Shown: piece after piece, positions 62,669-64,000 of the stretch
Numbering within the stretch: position 1 is the first letter of the stretch
Layout: each line of letters starts with the position of its first letter
NCBI GenBank assembly: GCA_903884815.1
Contig: CAISGE010000023.1
Span: forward strand, 252-64,251
Source of the DNA: Candidatus Omnitrophota bacterium
GTDB taxonomy: Bacteria > Omnitrophota > Omnitrophia > Omnitrophales > Aquincolibacteriaceae
DNA: 64,000 nucleotides
Direction: 5' to 3'
The notes under the pieces: generated by a model
What the model was told of the DNA's origin: nothing
What the model saw: only the letters and a program-made list of their open reading frames with translations
Databases searched by the model: none
Position numbers and translations under genes: made by a program

Positions 62669-64000
62669 CTATTTTTTTTCTTCCCCAAGCTCAAGCCAGG
62701 ATTTGACGATCGCCACAGGCATTTCTTTTCCCTCACCAAGTTTCTCTTTAGTACTGGCATCCGTAGCTTCTTTGATAGCTAAGAGATACGACTTGATCTC
62801 GTCAAGCTTGCCCTGGACAAGGCCTAAGTTCGAGGCATCGCCCGTTCCCATCTTTTTGAGCTGCTCGCCGATAAATCCAAGATCTTTTGCCTGATCGTTC
62901 GCCAGTGCCACAAGTTTGTTGACCAGGACTTCCGCTTTTTGATTCGTATCTTGTCCCTCTTTGGCGATAGAAGTCGAGAGCTCCTGAACTTTGGTAACAA
63001 GATCTTCGATGGATTTCATTCTTTCAGTAAGCGCCTTGCCATTGGATTTGCCTACGGTTTGCGCAATACTCGTTACGGTATTCAAAATGGCCGCCGTGGT
63101 AGACTCGATATCTGAGATTGTATTTGCCTTCCCTCCCAACGTCTTGATCGCGGCCCAGTCCATTTGTGCGGAACTTAAGGCCACCATCCCTCCCCAATTC
63201 ATCCCAGCCCTCGTCAGGGATTTCAAGTCATTCCAATTCGTTCCGCTTGTGCTCATCGCTGCGAGATCTTCCCAGTTCACGCCTGCTTCCGACAAAGCGC
63301 TCAGATCCGCCCAGTTAACCCCTGCATTTGTCAACAATGTCAGATCATCCCAATTCACACCCGCAGCCGCCAGCGCTGCAACTTTGGACCAGTTAACGCC
63401 GGCTTTGGAAAGCCCCTCAATATCTGCCCAATTAACACCGGACTTGGACAGCGCATCAATACCACTCCAATTAATATGTTGGCGAGACATAGCATTTATA
63501 TCAGCCCAAAGAACGCCCGACTTCGACAACACTGCGATGTCATCCCAGTTAACATGTCCATTCGCGATTTCCTGGATCTGGGCCTTCATAGTCCCAAGAT
63601 CCAGAGTTTGAAGTGAAGTCACAAGTGCCTGCATGGCATTCCCATCTAACCCCCCGAACGCCCCAGCGAGAGCGCCAATCTGCCCAAAGACCGTCGCGGC
63701 GCCCGCTGTATCCGTGGCAGCTCCGATTCGCATTCCGAGCGTCGCCACATCGGACCAATTGATGCCAGCCCTAGACTGACCGGAGATATCCGTCCAATTT
63801 ATCCCACTTCTTGTCATATTGGAGAGATCTCCCCAATTCACACCGGATTTTGACATTGATTCAAGATCGGCCCAATTCACGCCCCCGCGAGACAAGGCTT
63901 CAATACCATCCCAATTAACGCCCCCACGTGACAACGCCTCAATACCGTTCCAGTTTACTCCCGCCTTCGACAAGGCATCAACCCCCATCCAATTCATGCC
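62669..64000 (-). CDS. C-terminal part of a large protein with 13-aa G-[VI]-N-W repeats (5' end outside the window)
   Basis: Frame is open to the window edge; about 18 repeats in two blocks followed by a helical coiled-coil tail. Confidence 0.88.
   Translation of the reverse strand, partial: GMNWMGVDALSKAGVNWNGIEALSRGGVNWDGIEALSRGGVNWADLESMSKSGVNWGDLSNMTRSGINWTDISGQSRAGINWSDVATLGMRIGAATDTAGAATVFGQIGALAGAFGGLDGNAMQALVTSLQTLDLGTMKAQIQEIANGHVNWDDIAVLSKSGVLWADINAMSRQHINWSGIDALSKSGVNWADIEGLSKAGVNWSKVAALAAAGVNWDDLTLLTNAGVNWADLSALSEAGVNWEDLAAMSTSGTNWNDLKSLTRAGMNWGGMVALSSAQMDWAAIKTLGGKANTISDIESTTAAILNTVTSIAQTVGKSNGKALTERMKSIEDLVTKVQELSTSIAKEGQDTNQKAEVLVNKLVALANDQAKDLGFIGEQLKKMGTGDASNLGLVQGKLDEIKSYLLAIKEATDASTKEKLGEGKEMPVAIVKSWLELGEEKK

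Noticed and set aside
62669-64000. 39-bp periodicity as a possible CRISPR array
   Set aside because: The periodicity is conserved at protein level with synonymous variation, has no repeat/spacer alternation, and no cas genes are present.

Overview
Bacterial chromosomal window with moderate GC and mostly minus-strand genes. The gene content suggests a diderm PVC-type lineage such as Omnitrophota; this is an inference, not a tested assignment. Left end (1-8887): a type IV pilus/T2SS-like cluster (hypothetical, PilM/N fusion, PilO, PilP-like, secretin, PilB, PilC, start of a pilin). Middle: leuCD, two tandem TMTC-like TPR glycosyltransferases, a housekeeping run (tig, clpP, class V aminotransferase, serA, purA, uppS, cdsA, dxr, rseP, proS, dinB), five tRNAs, a ydbH-ynbE-ydbL-like trio, ROK kinase, rlmH, an SplB-like radical SAM enzyme, a pilin, proteases and several glycosylation genes including an STT3/AglB-type oligosaccharyltransferase. 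Right end (47319-64000): one tightly packed minus-strand run in which a 13-aa-repeat protein and a membrane-anchored protein precede a strongly divergent F-type ATPase set (alpha, short epsilon, c, b-delta, gamma, beta; no subunit a visible), followed 9 bp later by a GspE-PilZ ATPase, GspF, pseudopilins and PilM/N/O. This rotary-ATPase plus pilus/secretion unit is the main candidate system. The second highlight is a structured repeat that follows both tRNA-Leu and tRNA-Lys and carries direct and inverted copies of the neighbouring tRNA's own 3' end.
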